Virus record (IMG/VR): IMGVR_UViG_3300017714_000002
From: an uncultured virus (IMG/VR IMGVR_UViG_3300017714_000002)
Lineage: Duplodnaviria; Heunggongvirae; Uroviricota; Caudoviricetes
Reading direction: 5' to 3' (one strand)
DNA: 64,000 nt
Shown: positions 11,236 to 20,541 of the stretch, piece after piece
Numbering within the stretch: the stretch's first letter is position 1
How the letters are laid out: each line of letters opens with the position of its first letter
Notes under the pieces: model-generated
What the model was told of the DNA's origin: nothing
Databases searched by the model: none
Seen by the model: the letters and a program-made list of their open reading frames with translations, nothing else
Made by a program: the position numbers and the translations under genes

Positions 11236-13014
11236 ATGGCATTTAGAAAGATACAAGTAAGTAATTTACAAAGCACAGAATCTGCTGTCAAAGACCCTTT
11301 ACTAATACTTAATCAAGATTCATCAGAAGATGTTGATTCTGGTTTTTTATCAAAGAGAGGTATAAGCACATATTCTGGGCTTGTTCGTGACTCATCTACA
11401 GCAAAGTTCTTTTTAATTGAAGGAATTAATTTAGTATCAAACTCTCTTAATGATATTAGTGCAGTAGATGGTACATTAACAAAAGGTACACTAGAATTAA
11501 ATTCTCTAAATGCTACAACAATATATGTAACAAGTCCAAGTGGTGCAATACATACAACAAATTTAGTAACAGAAAATATTGGCTATTGGCCAGCAGATCC
11601 AACAGATACATCAAAACATATTTTAACAGTTGGTAATGCAAATACACCTGCTGAATACATAGGTAATTCAACAGGTTTGCATACAGGTACAGTTACACTT
11701 ACTGGAATGTTTGATGCTACTAATGGAACTACACTAGGTAATTGGAACGGTTCGGTTTACGATATAACTGGTGCAAATAAAATTTTAGAAAGCGGAACCG
11801 GTAATTTAGATTCTGCCCTAACAGTTGATACAGCAACCGCAACAACATTAAATGCAGGTACTACTAATATTAGTGGCATTGCTACATTTACTGGAGGTAG
11901 TGTAGATTTTACTGGAACAAGTACATTAGGTAATTGGAACGGTGCAGTTTATGATAGAACTGGTAGCACACTTATCATTGAAGATGATGCAACACCAGGA
12001 CCTATTGTTCATGCAGACTTAGATGGTAATGTTACAGGTACTGTATCAGATATTTCAAATCATGGAATACAAAGTTTATCAGATGTTGATAGTACAGATA
12101 CATCTGCTACTGGTGATATGCTATTGTATGATGGATCACAATGGGGACTTGTAAACTATGAAGATGAAATCAATACACGTATTACAGCAAACAATAATAG
12201 TTTAACTGCAACAAGTTTATCAGATATTGGTTTTACAGGCGACACCGTTGCTAATGGAGACTTTCTTTTATATGACAGTAGCACAAGTAAATTTGGATAT
12301 GTAAATTTTGCAAATGAAGTTAACGCATATGCAGATGCTAGAATTGCCTCTACAAATAGTAGCCACGTTTCATTTGGTAGTAGTATTAGTGCTACTGCAT
12401 TTGAAGGTAAACTATATGATACCAATGGCAATGTTATTATGGACAACACCAGTGGCAATGTAGGCATTGGTGGCAAAACAGCATCTTTTGATGAATTTGA
12501 CGGTGACTTACATGGTGAAGTAATTCACCCAACTACTGGTGCCAAAGTAATTGATATGCAATACTCAACACCAATTTATACAGGTAATGTAGTAGGGGTA
12601 TTACAAGGTGTAATTTATAACTCTAACGGAAACCCTGTACTAGATAACGGTTCAATAAGTGGAACTCCAAACTTTGGCGGAAATGTATCAGGTGATATAG
12701 ATTCAAATGGTGCATCAACATTTAGTGGTAGTGTTAATTTCACAGGTGCTACAATAACTGGGTTACCAGCAGATTTATCAACTCGTACCACAGACGATTT
12801 AGCAGAAGGTACTACTAGAAAATATTATACAGATGCTAGAGTAGATGCAAGAATATCAACTAGCTTTGTTTTACCAAAAGGAACTACAGCACAAAGACCA
12901 GCAAGTCCAGTAGAAGGACAAATGTATTTTAACACAGAAACAAGGATGTTTGAGGGTTGGGATGGACTAGATTGGCAACAACTTGTACCTTCTCAATTTC
13001 AAAGTACACCATAA
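11236..13014 (+). CDS. Tail fibre/virion structural protein
   Basis: Late box at 11202-11208 and SD AGGAG. N-terminus MAFRKI matches neighbouring fibre genes. Contains TTDDLAEG..YYTDARV and a C-terminal LPKGTTAQRP...GQMYFNT...FEGWDG motif. Confidence 0.7.
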   Translation: MAFRKIQVSNLQSTESAVKDPLLILNQDSSEDVDSGFLSKRGISTYSGLVRDSSTAKFFLIEGINLVSNSLNDISAVDGTLTKGTLELNSLNATTIYVTSPSGAIHTTNLVTENIGYWPADPTDTSKHILTVGNANTPAEYIGNSTGLHTGTVTLTGMFDATNGTTLGNWNGSVYDITGANKILESGTGNLDSALTVDTATATTLNAGTTNISGIATFTGGSVDFTGTSTLGNWNGAVYDRTGSTLIIEDDATPGPIVHADLDGNVTGTVSDISNHGIQSLSDVDSTDTSATGDMLLYDGSQWGLVNYEDEINTRITANNNSLTATSLSDIGFTGDTVANGDFLLYDSSTSKFGYVNFANEVNAYADARIASTNSSHVSFGSSISATAFEGKLYDTNGNVIMDNTSGNVGIGGKTASFDEFDGDLHGEVIHPTTGAKVIDMQYSTPIYTGNVVGVLQGVIYNSNGNPVLDNGSISGTPNFGGNVSGDIDSNGASTFSGSVNFTGATITGLPADLSTRTTDDLAEGTTRKYYTDARVDARISTSFVLPKGTTAQRPASPVEGQMYFNTETRMFEGWDGLDWQQLVPSQFQSTP

Positions 13015-13035
13015 ATAGTAGTAGAGGATATATAA

Positions 13036-14679
13036 ATGGCATTTAAAATTGGAAACAAAATAGTATTACACGACGCAGATCCTAGTGCAACATTATTAAC
13101 AAACAGTAATTTAGATCAGTTACAAATTAATGGAGTAGATGTGTTCACGCATGATGGTACTACAGTTACATTACAGAATGTTGAGATACCATCTCAAAAT
13201 GCAACAAATGCAAGTTTAACAGCAAGTGTTAATACTAATACAGCAAACATTGCTACTAATACAGCAAATATTGCATCTAATGCTACAGCGATATCAAATA
13301 ATACTACAGCAATATCAAATAATGCTACAGCGATATCAAATAATGCTACAGCCATTACAAATAATGCTACAGCGATATCAAATAATGCTACAGCTATTAT
13401 AAACAACGAAACAGCAATTAATAATAATGTTACAGCAATAGCAAACACACTAGTAGATGCAAAAGCATATACAGATACACGTGAAACAGCAATTACTACA
13501 GCATATACATCAGCTATAGCGTCATCTACATCAAGTGGTAGTACAGCGGCAAACTCATATACAGATACAGAAATTGCTACAGCTACAGCAAGTATAACTA
13601 CAGCATATCAAACTTATACAGATACAGCTGAAGCAGATGCAATTAGTACAGCTAACACTTATACAGATACTAGAGAAGTAGCAATAACTACAGCATATGA
13701 AACATATACAGATACAGCAATATCAAATTTAGTTGATACAGCTCCAACAACATTAGATACATTAAATGAATTAGCGGCGGCACTTGGTGACGATGCAAAC
13801 TTCTCAACAACAATAACAACTTCAATAGCAACAAAATTAGCTACAGCAGATTTTACAAGTACAGCAGATACTTGGTTAGGTACTAAAGATACAGGAGATT
13901 TAGCAGAAGGCTCTAATTTATATTATACAGATGCTAGAGTAGATTCTAGAATAACAGCAAACGCAAGTGGAACAATTACAAATTCAGATTTAGATATGAA
14001 CGGTAATAAAGTTTTATTTTCTAACGTCTATGCAACAATAGGTGATCTTCCAAGTGCAAGTACATATCATGGAATGTTTGCTCATGTACACGCAACAGGC
14101 AAAGGATATTTTGCTCATGCAGGTAACTGGGTAGAACTAGCTAATGCAAGTGAAGTATTTGATGGAAACTATAGCTCTTTATCAGGTGTTCCTAGTTTTG
14201 CAACAGTAGCAACGTCAGGTGATTATAGCGACCTTAGTAATAAACCAACAATTCCAACAGACAATAATCAATTAGCAAATGGTGCAGGATATGTTACAAC
14301 TGATACAAACACAACATATACAGCAGGCAATGGATTATCATTAAGTGGAACAGAATTTTTAATGAGTGGTAGTTACACAGGTGACTTTACAGCAACTGGT
14401 GATGTTACAGCATACTCAGATAAAAGATTAAAAAGAAATATTGAAACTATTACAAATGCAGTAGATACAGTAAGTAAATTACGTGGTGTACATTTTGAAA
14501 AAGATGGTAGAAATAGTACTGGTGTAATAGCACAAGAAGTAGAAGAAATATTGCCTCAAGTAGTACATACAGCTCCAGATGGAATGAAATCAGTAGCATA
14601 TGGTAATATAGTAGGTATTTTAATAGAAGCTATAAAAGAGCAACAAAAAGAGATAGAAGAATTAAAGAAAAGATTATAA
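13036..14679 (+). CDS. Tail fibre protein with C-terminal S74-like chaperone
   Basis: Late box at 13011-13017. NNATAIS heptads, APTTLDTLNELAAALGDDANF, YHGMFAHVH..FAHAGNWVEL, ATVATSGDYSDLSNKP, and C-terminal AYSDKRLKRNI...GVIAQEVEEILPQVV. Confidence 0.85.
   Translation: MAFKIGNKIVLHDADPSATLLTNSNLDQLQINGVDVFTHDGTTVTLQNVEIPSQNATNASLTASVNTNTANIATNTANIASNATAISNNTTAISNNATAISNNATAITNNATAISNNATAIINNETAINNNVTAIANTLVDAKAYTDTRETAITTAYTSAIASSTSSGSTAANSYTDTEIATATASITTAYQTYTDTAEADAISTANTYTDTREVAITTAYETYTDTAISNLVDTAPTTLDTLNELAAALGDDANFSTTITTSIATKLATADFTSTADTWLGTKDTGDLAEGSNLYYTDARVDSRITANASGTITNSDLDMNGNKVLFSNVYATIGDLPSASTYHGMFAHVHATGKGYFAHAGNWVELANASEVFDGNYSSLSGVPSFATVATSGDYSDLSNKPTIPTDNNQLANGAGYVTTDTNTTYTAGNGLSLSGTEFLMSGSYTGDFTATGDVTAYSDKRLKRNIETITNAVDTVSKLRGVHFEKDGRNSTGVIAQEVEEILPQVVHTAPDGMKSVAYGNIVGILIEAIKEQQKEIEELKKRL
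13237..13446 (+). repeat. About 10 tandem degenerate 21-nt units encoding 7-aa coiled-coil heptads (N-A-T-A-I-S-N)
   Basis: The unit AATGCTACAGCGATATCAAAT occurs three times exactly, with degenerate copies on either side, all in frame. Confidence 0.9.
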
Positions 14680-14769
14680 ACTGCTATATAACACGAGCTA
14701 TATAGATAAATAATACTACAAGCAATATGCTTGTAATTAACGTTAATTACAATTTGACAGGAGAATAAT

Positions 14770-14958
14770 ATGTCGACATTACCAGCAACCGGTTCAACAA
14801 TTTCAATGTCAACTGTGCGTAACTATTTTGGATTAAGTGGTACAGTATCACTGAGCCAATTAGGTAACACAATATCACCGTCAGTGACGTCAAATATCAA
14901 ACTTTCAGCTACCTTTGGTGGTTGGCAGTATCCGTCAGCAACTGGTGGTCACCCATAA
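14770..14958 (+). CDS. Small 62-aa S/T/G-rich protein (likely fibre-tip/virion accessory)
   Basis: Has its own late box (14706-14712), SD AGGAG and a downstream hairpin. LPATGSTISMSTVRNYFG resembles N-termini of small proteins that follow S74 fibre genes. Confidence 0.6.
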   Translation: MSTLPATGSTISMSTVRNYFGLSGTVSLSQLGNTISPSVTSNIKLSATFGGWQYPSATGGHP

Positions 14959-14979
14959 GAAATTGTATAAAATAATTTT

Positions 14980-15018
14980 AGTAAGCACGTTGTTTATACT
15001 TGACAACGTGCTTACTTT
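14980..15018 (+). terminator. Hairpin (14-bp perfect arms) overlapping a sigma70 -35 box
   Basis: AGTAAGCACGTTGT-N9-ACAACGTGCTTACT followed by TT. Confidence 0.65.
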
Positions 15019-15046
15019 AATGTAAAATAAATACACTATATAAATA
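15000..15046 (+). promoter_or_regulatory. sigma70-type promoter plus late boxes
   Basis: TTGACA(15000)-N17-TAAAAT(15023); ATAAATA at 15027 and TATAAATA at 15039. Confidence 0.65.
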
Positions 15047-15087
15047 CTATGACTAATAGTAGAGTAAACTCAACACAGGAGAAAACA

Positions 15088-15507
15088 ATGATTAGAACTC
15101 GATACGAGATTGAAACGTTCGTACTTGGAGCACACCCGTCTCCAGCCAGAAAGGCACAAGTACTTACACAAGAGCTAATGAAAGCTCGTGAAACATCACA
15201 CCCAGATCTTCCAGTACTAGAAGCAATTTATAAAGATTTTTCTGCAGAACATAATGTAGAAGATCTTACAAAAGATATTGAATCCACTGAAGAAGAATAT
15301 TGGGTACACAGATTAGCAAAACTAGCGGCAATTGATATTCTTACAATTGGTAAGGTACAACCAGAGCATATGGCTTATATGGTTGCATTGCCAGATGAAG
15401 CTTTTAAGGCATCGGTTAAAGAAGCTACAAGTATTGCTAAACAATTAAATTATGAGGTTCAACAAATTGAAGCTGAACTTCAAGCAGATTTAGCATCTGC
15501 AAAATAA
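15088..15507 (+). CDS. Hypothetical protein (possibly fibre assembly-associated)
   Basis: The ATG at 15088 has SD AGGAG. Helical protein with a YWVHRLAKLAAIDILTIG motif; function unknown. Confidence 0.55.
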   Translation: MIRTRYEIETFVLGAHPSPARKAQVLTQELMKARETSHPDLPVLEAIYKDFSAEHNVEDLTKDIESTEEEYWVHRLAKLAAIDILTIGKVQPEHMAYMVALPDEAFKASVKEATSIAKQLNYEVQQIEAELQADLASAK

Positions 15508-15512
15508 TCTGA

Positions 15513-16163
15513 ATGGTATCAACACCATCATTTTATCATAAAAAAAACAACTCCGCTAATGTAGCTATTTGCGTTCCTGTGCGAGATAATGTTACTGCGG
15601 TTTTTGCTTACAGTCTTGCTATGCTTCAACGAAAGTGTGGTGAGGCTGGATTAGCAACTTCTCTCCATTTTAATATGGGTAGTGAAGTTACTATGCAAAG
15701 ACAACAGTTAGTATCTGAAGCATTGGAAACAAATTGTACTCACATTATGTGGATTGATTCTGATATGAACTTTCCAGTAGATACCCTAAATATATTATTA
15801 GCGGCAGACAAAGATATTGTTGCTGGAAATTATTCAACAAGAGTTCCACCACATAGACCTGTTGCTTTTAGAAGTAAGAACAATTTAGATGACAGAGTTT
15901 TTACTGGTACAGGCGTAGAAAAAGTATGGGCTGTTGGAAGTGGAATGATGTTAGTAAAAAGAGAAGTTTATAAAAAACTATCTTCGCCTTTTTATAAGAT
16001 TGAATACTCTGAGGATTATTCAAGTTTAATAGGAGAGGACGTATATTTTTGTACAAGAGCTAATGAGGCAGGATATGAAGTATATGTAAGTCACGAACTG
16101 AGTGACAAGATAGCACATATAGGAACACGTGCATTTACAGTTAAAGGCGATTGCAATGATTAA
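15513..16163 (+). CDS. Glycosyltransferase family 2-like (GT-A fold)
   Basis: VAICVP at the N-terminus, HIMWIDSD (DxD), GSGMMLVKREV, GEDVYFC and the C-terminal H-I-G. Confidence 0.85.
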   Translation: MVSTPSFYHKKNNSANVAICVPVRDNVTAVFAYSLAMLQRKCGEAGLATSLHFNMGSEVTMQRQQLVSEALETNCTHIMWIDSDMNFPVDTLNILLAADKDIVAGNYSTRVPPHRPVAFRSKNNLDDRVFTGTGVEKVWAVGSGMMLVKREVYKKLSSPFYKIEYSEDYSSLIGEDVYFCTRANEAGYEVYVSHELSDKIAHIGTRAFTVKGDCND

Positions 16164-17247
16164 TATAAAAAATAACCAAAGAGAATTTACAGGACAGAAC
16201 GTTGTCACACCTTGGGATAGACTCAAAAAATTTATGTTTGGAAGTTACCCAATTATTAAAACACCAATAAGATTAAAAGATGAAGACGATATTTTAGATT
16301 TAGCAAAAAAGTATAAAGATGAAGCAGACATGGCTTGGGTTGTGTTTGATGAAATTGAAGTTAACCCAAAATTTCCTTGGCACTATAGGCCAAGTGATTT
16401 AGGTAAAAAAGTTATTCACACGTTTCCTAGAGTAGTTAAAAGAACAAACAGACCAGTAAGTTGGGGAGATGTTAGATTAGTTCCTACTAACGGAGTTTCT
16501 CATGGTGAGGTAGAAAATAAATTGGTAGCAAGTTTTCACGTTGCAGAATTTGATATCTTTATGATTAGTTACCACGAAGCTGAAGCAGATGAGAATTTTC
16601 AAAAGTTAAAAAACAGATTTAAAGATGCACAACACGTAAAGAACGTTGAAGGTATTGGTAATGCTCATAAACGTGTAGGTGAATTAGCAAAAACTGAAAT
16701 GGTTTATATTGTTGATGCAGATGCAGACATTATGGGTGACTTTAGTTTTGACTATATTCCACCAATGAGTAAAAGAAAAAATACAACATATGTATGGAGT
16801 GCTAGAAATCCAGTAAATGGATTAGAGTATGGATATGGTGGTGTTAAATTATTTCCAAAAGTTCAATTATTAGAGCTAGGGCACGAATTACCAGATTATA
16901 CAACTGGTGCAAGTTTTTATCAACCTATTGCAGATGTATCAAACATTACAAGATTTAATAAAGATCCATATAGAACATGGCGTAGTGCATTCCGTGAATG
17001 TGTTAAACTAGCAAGTTCAGTTAATCCTAACCAAAAACAAAAAGAAACAGATGAAAGATTAGAAACATGGTGTACCACAGATGTTGGAGCTCGTTTTGGT
17101 CGTTACTGTTTAAAAGGTGCATTAGAAGGCAAGGAATATGGAATAGCAAACAAAGACGATAACGAAGCATTAACTAAAATTAATGACTTTGAATGGTTAC
17201 GTGAACAATTTGTTGCTAGTATGAAAAAGAGGGTCACTGACCAGTAA
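16156..17247 (+). CDS. Glycosyltransferase-like protein
   Basis: The ATG at 16156 overlaps the upstream gene. C-terminal half has FMISYHE...VYIVDADAD (DxD), YGYGGVKLFP and WRSAFREC, a phage GT-A-like pattern. Confidence 0.55.
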   Translation: MINIKNNQREFTGQNVVTPWDRLKKFMFGSYPIIKTPIRLKDEDDILDLAKKYKDEADMAWVVFDEIEVNPKFPWHYRPSDLGKKVIHTFPRVVKRTNRPVSWGDVRLVPTNGVSHGEVENKLVASFHVAEFDIFMISYHEAEADENFQKLKNRFKDAQHVKNVEGIGNAHKRVGELAKTEMVYIVDADADIMGDFSFDYIPPMSKRKNTTYVWSARNPVNGLEYGYGGVKLFPKVQLLELGHELPDYTTGASFYQPIADVSNITRFNKDPYRTWRSAFRECVKLASSVNPNQKQKETDERLETWCTTDVGARFGRYCLKGALEGKEYGIANKDDNEALTKINDFEWLREQFVASMKKRVTDQ

Positions 17248-17541
17248 ATGACACAATGGTTTCGAAATGCAATTCATCATTTAAAAGTAGAAACAGGTTG
17301 GGGCTACTTTTATCACTTGTGGCATAGTATTCAAAATACATGGTCTTTATTAGTAATAGCATTTAAAAGTTTAGTACACGGATTATTTCCTTGGATATGG
17401 AAGGCAGATGCACCTAAAGGTGTTATTAAAATGTATCATCAAATTATGAGAATAGAACATATTGCTAAAATGGACAAATTAAGAGAGATACCAAAAAATG
17501 AACGATATAAATCCAATAAATCTATTAACCCTACTGAATAG
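17248..17541 (+). CDS. Small membrane-associated protein, DUF6356-like
   Basis: HL..TG.GYFYH...LVHGLFPW pattern plus a hydrophobic helix. Confidence 0.45.
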   Translation: MTQWFRNAIHHLKVETGWGYFYHLWHSIQNTWSLLVIAFKSLVHGLFPWIWKADAPKGVIKMYHQIMRIEHIAKMDKLREIPKNERYKSNKSINPTE

Positions 17542-18085
17542 TTATGGCGATATAGTAGAATTAAACCAGAAGTTAGATTCAGATCAAGTAATAAAAGAAC
17601 TTGAGAGATTAGAATGGGAAAAAGGACCTAACGGTAAACAAGGTATTAACTTAACAGGTCCAGAAAAAGGACTTGGACTTGAAGATAAAAATAAACACGA
17701 GCAAGATCAACCAGTAAATGAAAACTTATTAAAATGTACTGCATTATATGATTTTTTTACACAATGGTCAGACCTAGCTAGATGCAGAGCAGTAAAATTA
17801 GAAGCTGGTAGCTTCTTTACTATGCACAGAGACGCATTTAGATTTAATCCACAAATAAGAATTTTTATTCCACTTAATAAAACAGAAATACATCAATGGA
17901 ATTTTTTATACGAAGAAAGACGTGTAGAATTTAAACCAGGTGTTCCGTATGTATTAAATACTCGTAAGCAACATGGAAGTTTTGCAATGGAAGGTGGAAT
18001 ATATCATATATTAATGAGCTTATATTTAACTGAAGCTAACCTTAAAACAATTATAAATTCGTTACCAAACTGTAAGGAAAGATAA
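17498..18085 (+). CDS. 2OG-Fe(II) oxygenase (Asp/Asn beta-hydroxylase-like)
   Basis: R.R..KLEAG.F..HRD (HxD), RIFIPLN, and the distal His in NTRKQHGS. Confidence 0.75.
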   Translation: MNDINPINLLTLLNSYGDIVELNQKLDSDQVIKELERLEWEKGPNGKQGINLTGPEKGLGLEDKNKHEQDQPVNENLLKCTALYDFFTQWSDLARCRAVKLEAGSFFTMHRDAFRFNPQIRIFIPLNKTEIHQWNFLYEERRVEFKPGVPYVLNTRKQHGSFAMEGGIYHILMSLYLTEANLKTIINSLPNCKER

Positions 18086-19038
18086 TGAAAGAAAAAACAG
18101 ATAAAAATTATTATAGTGGTGAAAAAATTGATGATTTAGTTGATGCAGTTAAAAAAGCAGAACATACAAAACAAGAAGGTGTAACGCAACAAGACGAGTC
18201 ATACGAAAAAGTAATGTATAGTGACGAACGAATGGAAGAACATAAGAAGATGGATAACATCTTTAAAGTAGATGGGGTTCCAAGTAGATGGGAACATAAT
18301 AAATTACGTGCTAATTGGCATTTTGATCCATTTGCAGATCCAAACGAAGAAACCTTTGTAATACCTTGTAGATTTGAAGGAGACTTTGAACCAGCAGTTA
18401 GATATGCAGTAGAACATTCAAAAGAAATGACTATAGGAAACTATAGAAATAGAAATTTAAGCAAACAAGACAAAGACTTGCATGACGGTGAGATACAAGA
18501 CGTTCTAAATGCATCTGGTAAAGAAGATGTAAGTAGTATGTATCATGATATGATTGTAAGAAGTAGGTTTAAAGAAGGTGAAGAGAATTATTATGCTCAA
18601 CGTAACCCTGCACCAGAGTATGAAATATTATTACGAATGATTGATACATTAGAAGTAGAAGTACATCAGTCAAGAATGCATATACAAAAATTAGGACAAG
18701 TTACACCTATACATATTGATCAACAAATGAGATATGCAAGACCAGGTTGGCGTAAAGTATGGACTGATGCAGGTGCAGACAAGAATCCTTTAAAATTAAG
18801 AAGATTCCTAGTTCATTTACAAGATTGGGATTATGGTCATGTATGGCAGTTTGGTAACACTTACCATCAAGGATATAAAGCAGGTACTTGTATAACTTAC
18901 GATTGGTGTAATATGCCACATGGTACAGCCAACTTTGGATTTACTCCAAGAGTAACATTTCAATTTACAGGCTTTGTAAGTGATAAAGTACAACATATGA
19001 TTGATAACCCAGATCCTAACAGAATTATAAAAGTATGA
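18085..19038 (+). CDS. 2OG-Fe(II) oxygenase-like protein
   Basis: QKLGQVTPIHID (HxD), RRFLVHLQDW, and MPHGTAN..PRVTFQ (distal H and R). Confidence 0.7.
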   Translation: MKEKTDKNYYSGEKIDDLVDAVKKAEHTKQEGVTQQDESYEKVMYSDERMEEHKKMDNIFKVDGVPSRWEHNKLRANWHFDPFADPNEETFVIPCRFEGDFEPAVRYAVEHSKEMTIGNYRNRNLSKQDKDLHDGEIQDVLNASGKEDVSSMYHDMIVRSRFKEGEENYYAQRNPAPEYEILLRMIDTLEVEVHQSRMHIQKLGQVTPIHIDQQMRYARPGWRKVWTDAGADKNPLKLRRFLVHLQDWDYGHVWQFGNTYHQGYKAGTCITYDWCNMPHGTANFGFTPRVTFQFTGFVSDKVQHMIDNPDPNRIIKV

Positions 19039-19844
19039 TAGAAAAAGACTTTCCAGATAAACAAGACTCACGATATCACTACAAACAAACACTAAGGCCT
19101 GAAAAACAAATAAGAGAACCAAATACTAGTACAAAGTATTACGGAAGACATGATACAGGAAACAAGTGTAAAGTAGGTGAAGGTGGATCAGATCATTTTA
19201 CACATGGTGCTATACAAGAACTTGATTGGGATAACGATCCAAAATTAGACTTTGAGTATACATGGAACAAATATGGATATAGAGGACCAGATGATTTAAC
19301 CAATATAGGAATACTATTTGCAGGATCAAGTTTACTACTTGGTACAGGATTACCATATGAAAAATCAATACCTTATTTAGTTTCAAAAGAACTTGGATTA
19401 GATCATTTCAATTTAAGTGACTTTGATACTCTTACAGATATGGCAGATAAGTTATTTGACTTGACAAACTTAAATCCAAAGTATATTATATTAAATGACT
19501 TCTGGGGTATAAATGATACCAATTGGCTTATGCGTTATTGGATACCAAAAGAAAAAGATACAAAAGTAGTAAAAGAAGTAAGAGAAACTTTTAAAAACAG
19601 TAATGGTAAAATATTTAAAATGTTCGAACTAGCATTAAAACAAACATTTCCAAATTCAAAGTATTTTATACTACAACCTAATGAAAGACGAAAGCATTGG
19701 TTTTATGATTACGAGCCAAAAGATATTAAATCAATATATTACACACAAGAAGAAATGATAGACCTGGCTAGAGATCAAACACATCCTGGTCCAAAAACAC
19801 ACAAATATTTAACAGAGAAAATTATTAATGAATTATCAAGGTGA
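19035..19844 (+). CDS. SGNH/GDSL-like hydrolase or acyltransferase
   Basis: NKYGYRG, FAGSSLLLGTG (block I-like), and ARDQTHPG (DxxH). Confidence 0.6.
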   Translation: MIEKDFPDKQDSRYHYKQTLRPEKQIREPNTSTKYYGRHDTGNKCKVGEGGSDHFTHGAIQELDWDNDPKLDFEYTWNKYGYRGPDDLTNIGILFAGSSLLLGTGLPYEKSIPYLVSKELGLDHFNLSDFDTLTDMADKLFDLTNLNPKYIILNDFWGINDTNWLMRYWIPKEKDTKVVKEVRETFKNSNGKIFKMFELALKQTFPNSKYFILQPNERRKHWFYDYEPKDIKSIYYTQEEMIDLARDQTHPGPKTHKYLTEKIINELSR

Positions 19845-20541
19845 AGATCTAATTATAGTAACAGGAGCTCCAGGTTCTAGATGGAGTGGAGTTATACGTT
19901 TATTAAGTCTTATATGTAAAGATATTAATATGACTGATAACACACCTAGACGTGTTTATGAAAAAAGAGATGCAGAAGGTAAAGTAATTGGTTGGCATAG
20001 GGGTGCATATTGGGGTCCACATAATCAATATGGACATAAGTTTGATAAACTTAACACACTATCTAAAGAAGAAGTATTAAAAGAATTTAAAGAACCGTTT
20101 GCTGATTGGGATACAGGAAAGAAGATTATTAAGAGTCATTGGTTTGCATATCACTTACCTCAACTAAGACAAATGTTTCCAAAAGCTACTATGTGGTCGT
20201 TTTATGAAAAAGATAAAGAATGTTTTGAATGGTGGCATCACGTAGGCGGTTGGGATATATACTTTCCAAATTATACGTGGTATGTTGATGATGATAGAAT
20301 GATGCAACAAATTGGTATAGAAAATAATAATATAAAAGATTTCTTTGATTTAAAACGTTATGCTGGTTGGAAAGAAGCAGTAACACAATTAGGCTTATCC
20401 ACAGATATAAGAACTATATCAGAAATAATGGAACTTGATCCAGATTTTGATAAAATACACAAAAATGATAATGAAGAAGTTTATAATGCTTTCTTAGATG
20501 AAATGTTTACTAGAAAAGAAATGGGTATTATAACTTCGTAG
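19828..20541 (+). CDS. Sulfotransferase-like/P-loop fold protein
   Basis: N-terminal IIVTGAPGSRWS resembles a 5'-PSB loop; also IIKSH. The assignment is weak. Confidence 0.4.
   Translation: MNYQGEDLIIVTGAPGSRWSGVIRLLSLICKDINMTDNTPRRVYEKRDAEGKVIGWHRGAYWGPHNQYGHKFDKLNTLSKEEVLKEFKEPFADWDTGKKIIKSHWFAYHLPQLRQMFPKATMWSFYEKDKECFEWWHHVGGWDIYFPNYTWYVDDDRMMQQIGIENNNIKDFFDLKRYAGWKEAVTQLGLSTDIRTISEIMELDPDFDKIHKNDNEEVYNAFLDEMFTRKEMGIITS

Noticed and set aside
13237..13446. 21-nt tandem repeats as a possible CRISPR array
   Set aside because: There are no unique spacers, the units are in-frame heptads within a CDS, and no cas genes are present.
9078..14679. Repeated fibre C-terminal blocks as a diversity-generating retroelement (TR/VR)
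   Set aside because: There is no reverse transcriptase in the window, both copies are inside intact genes, and differences are not adenine-specific.
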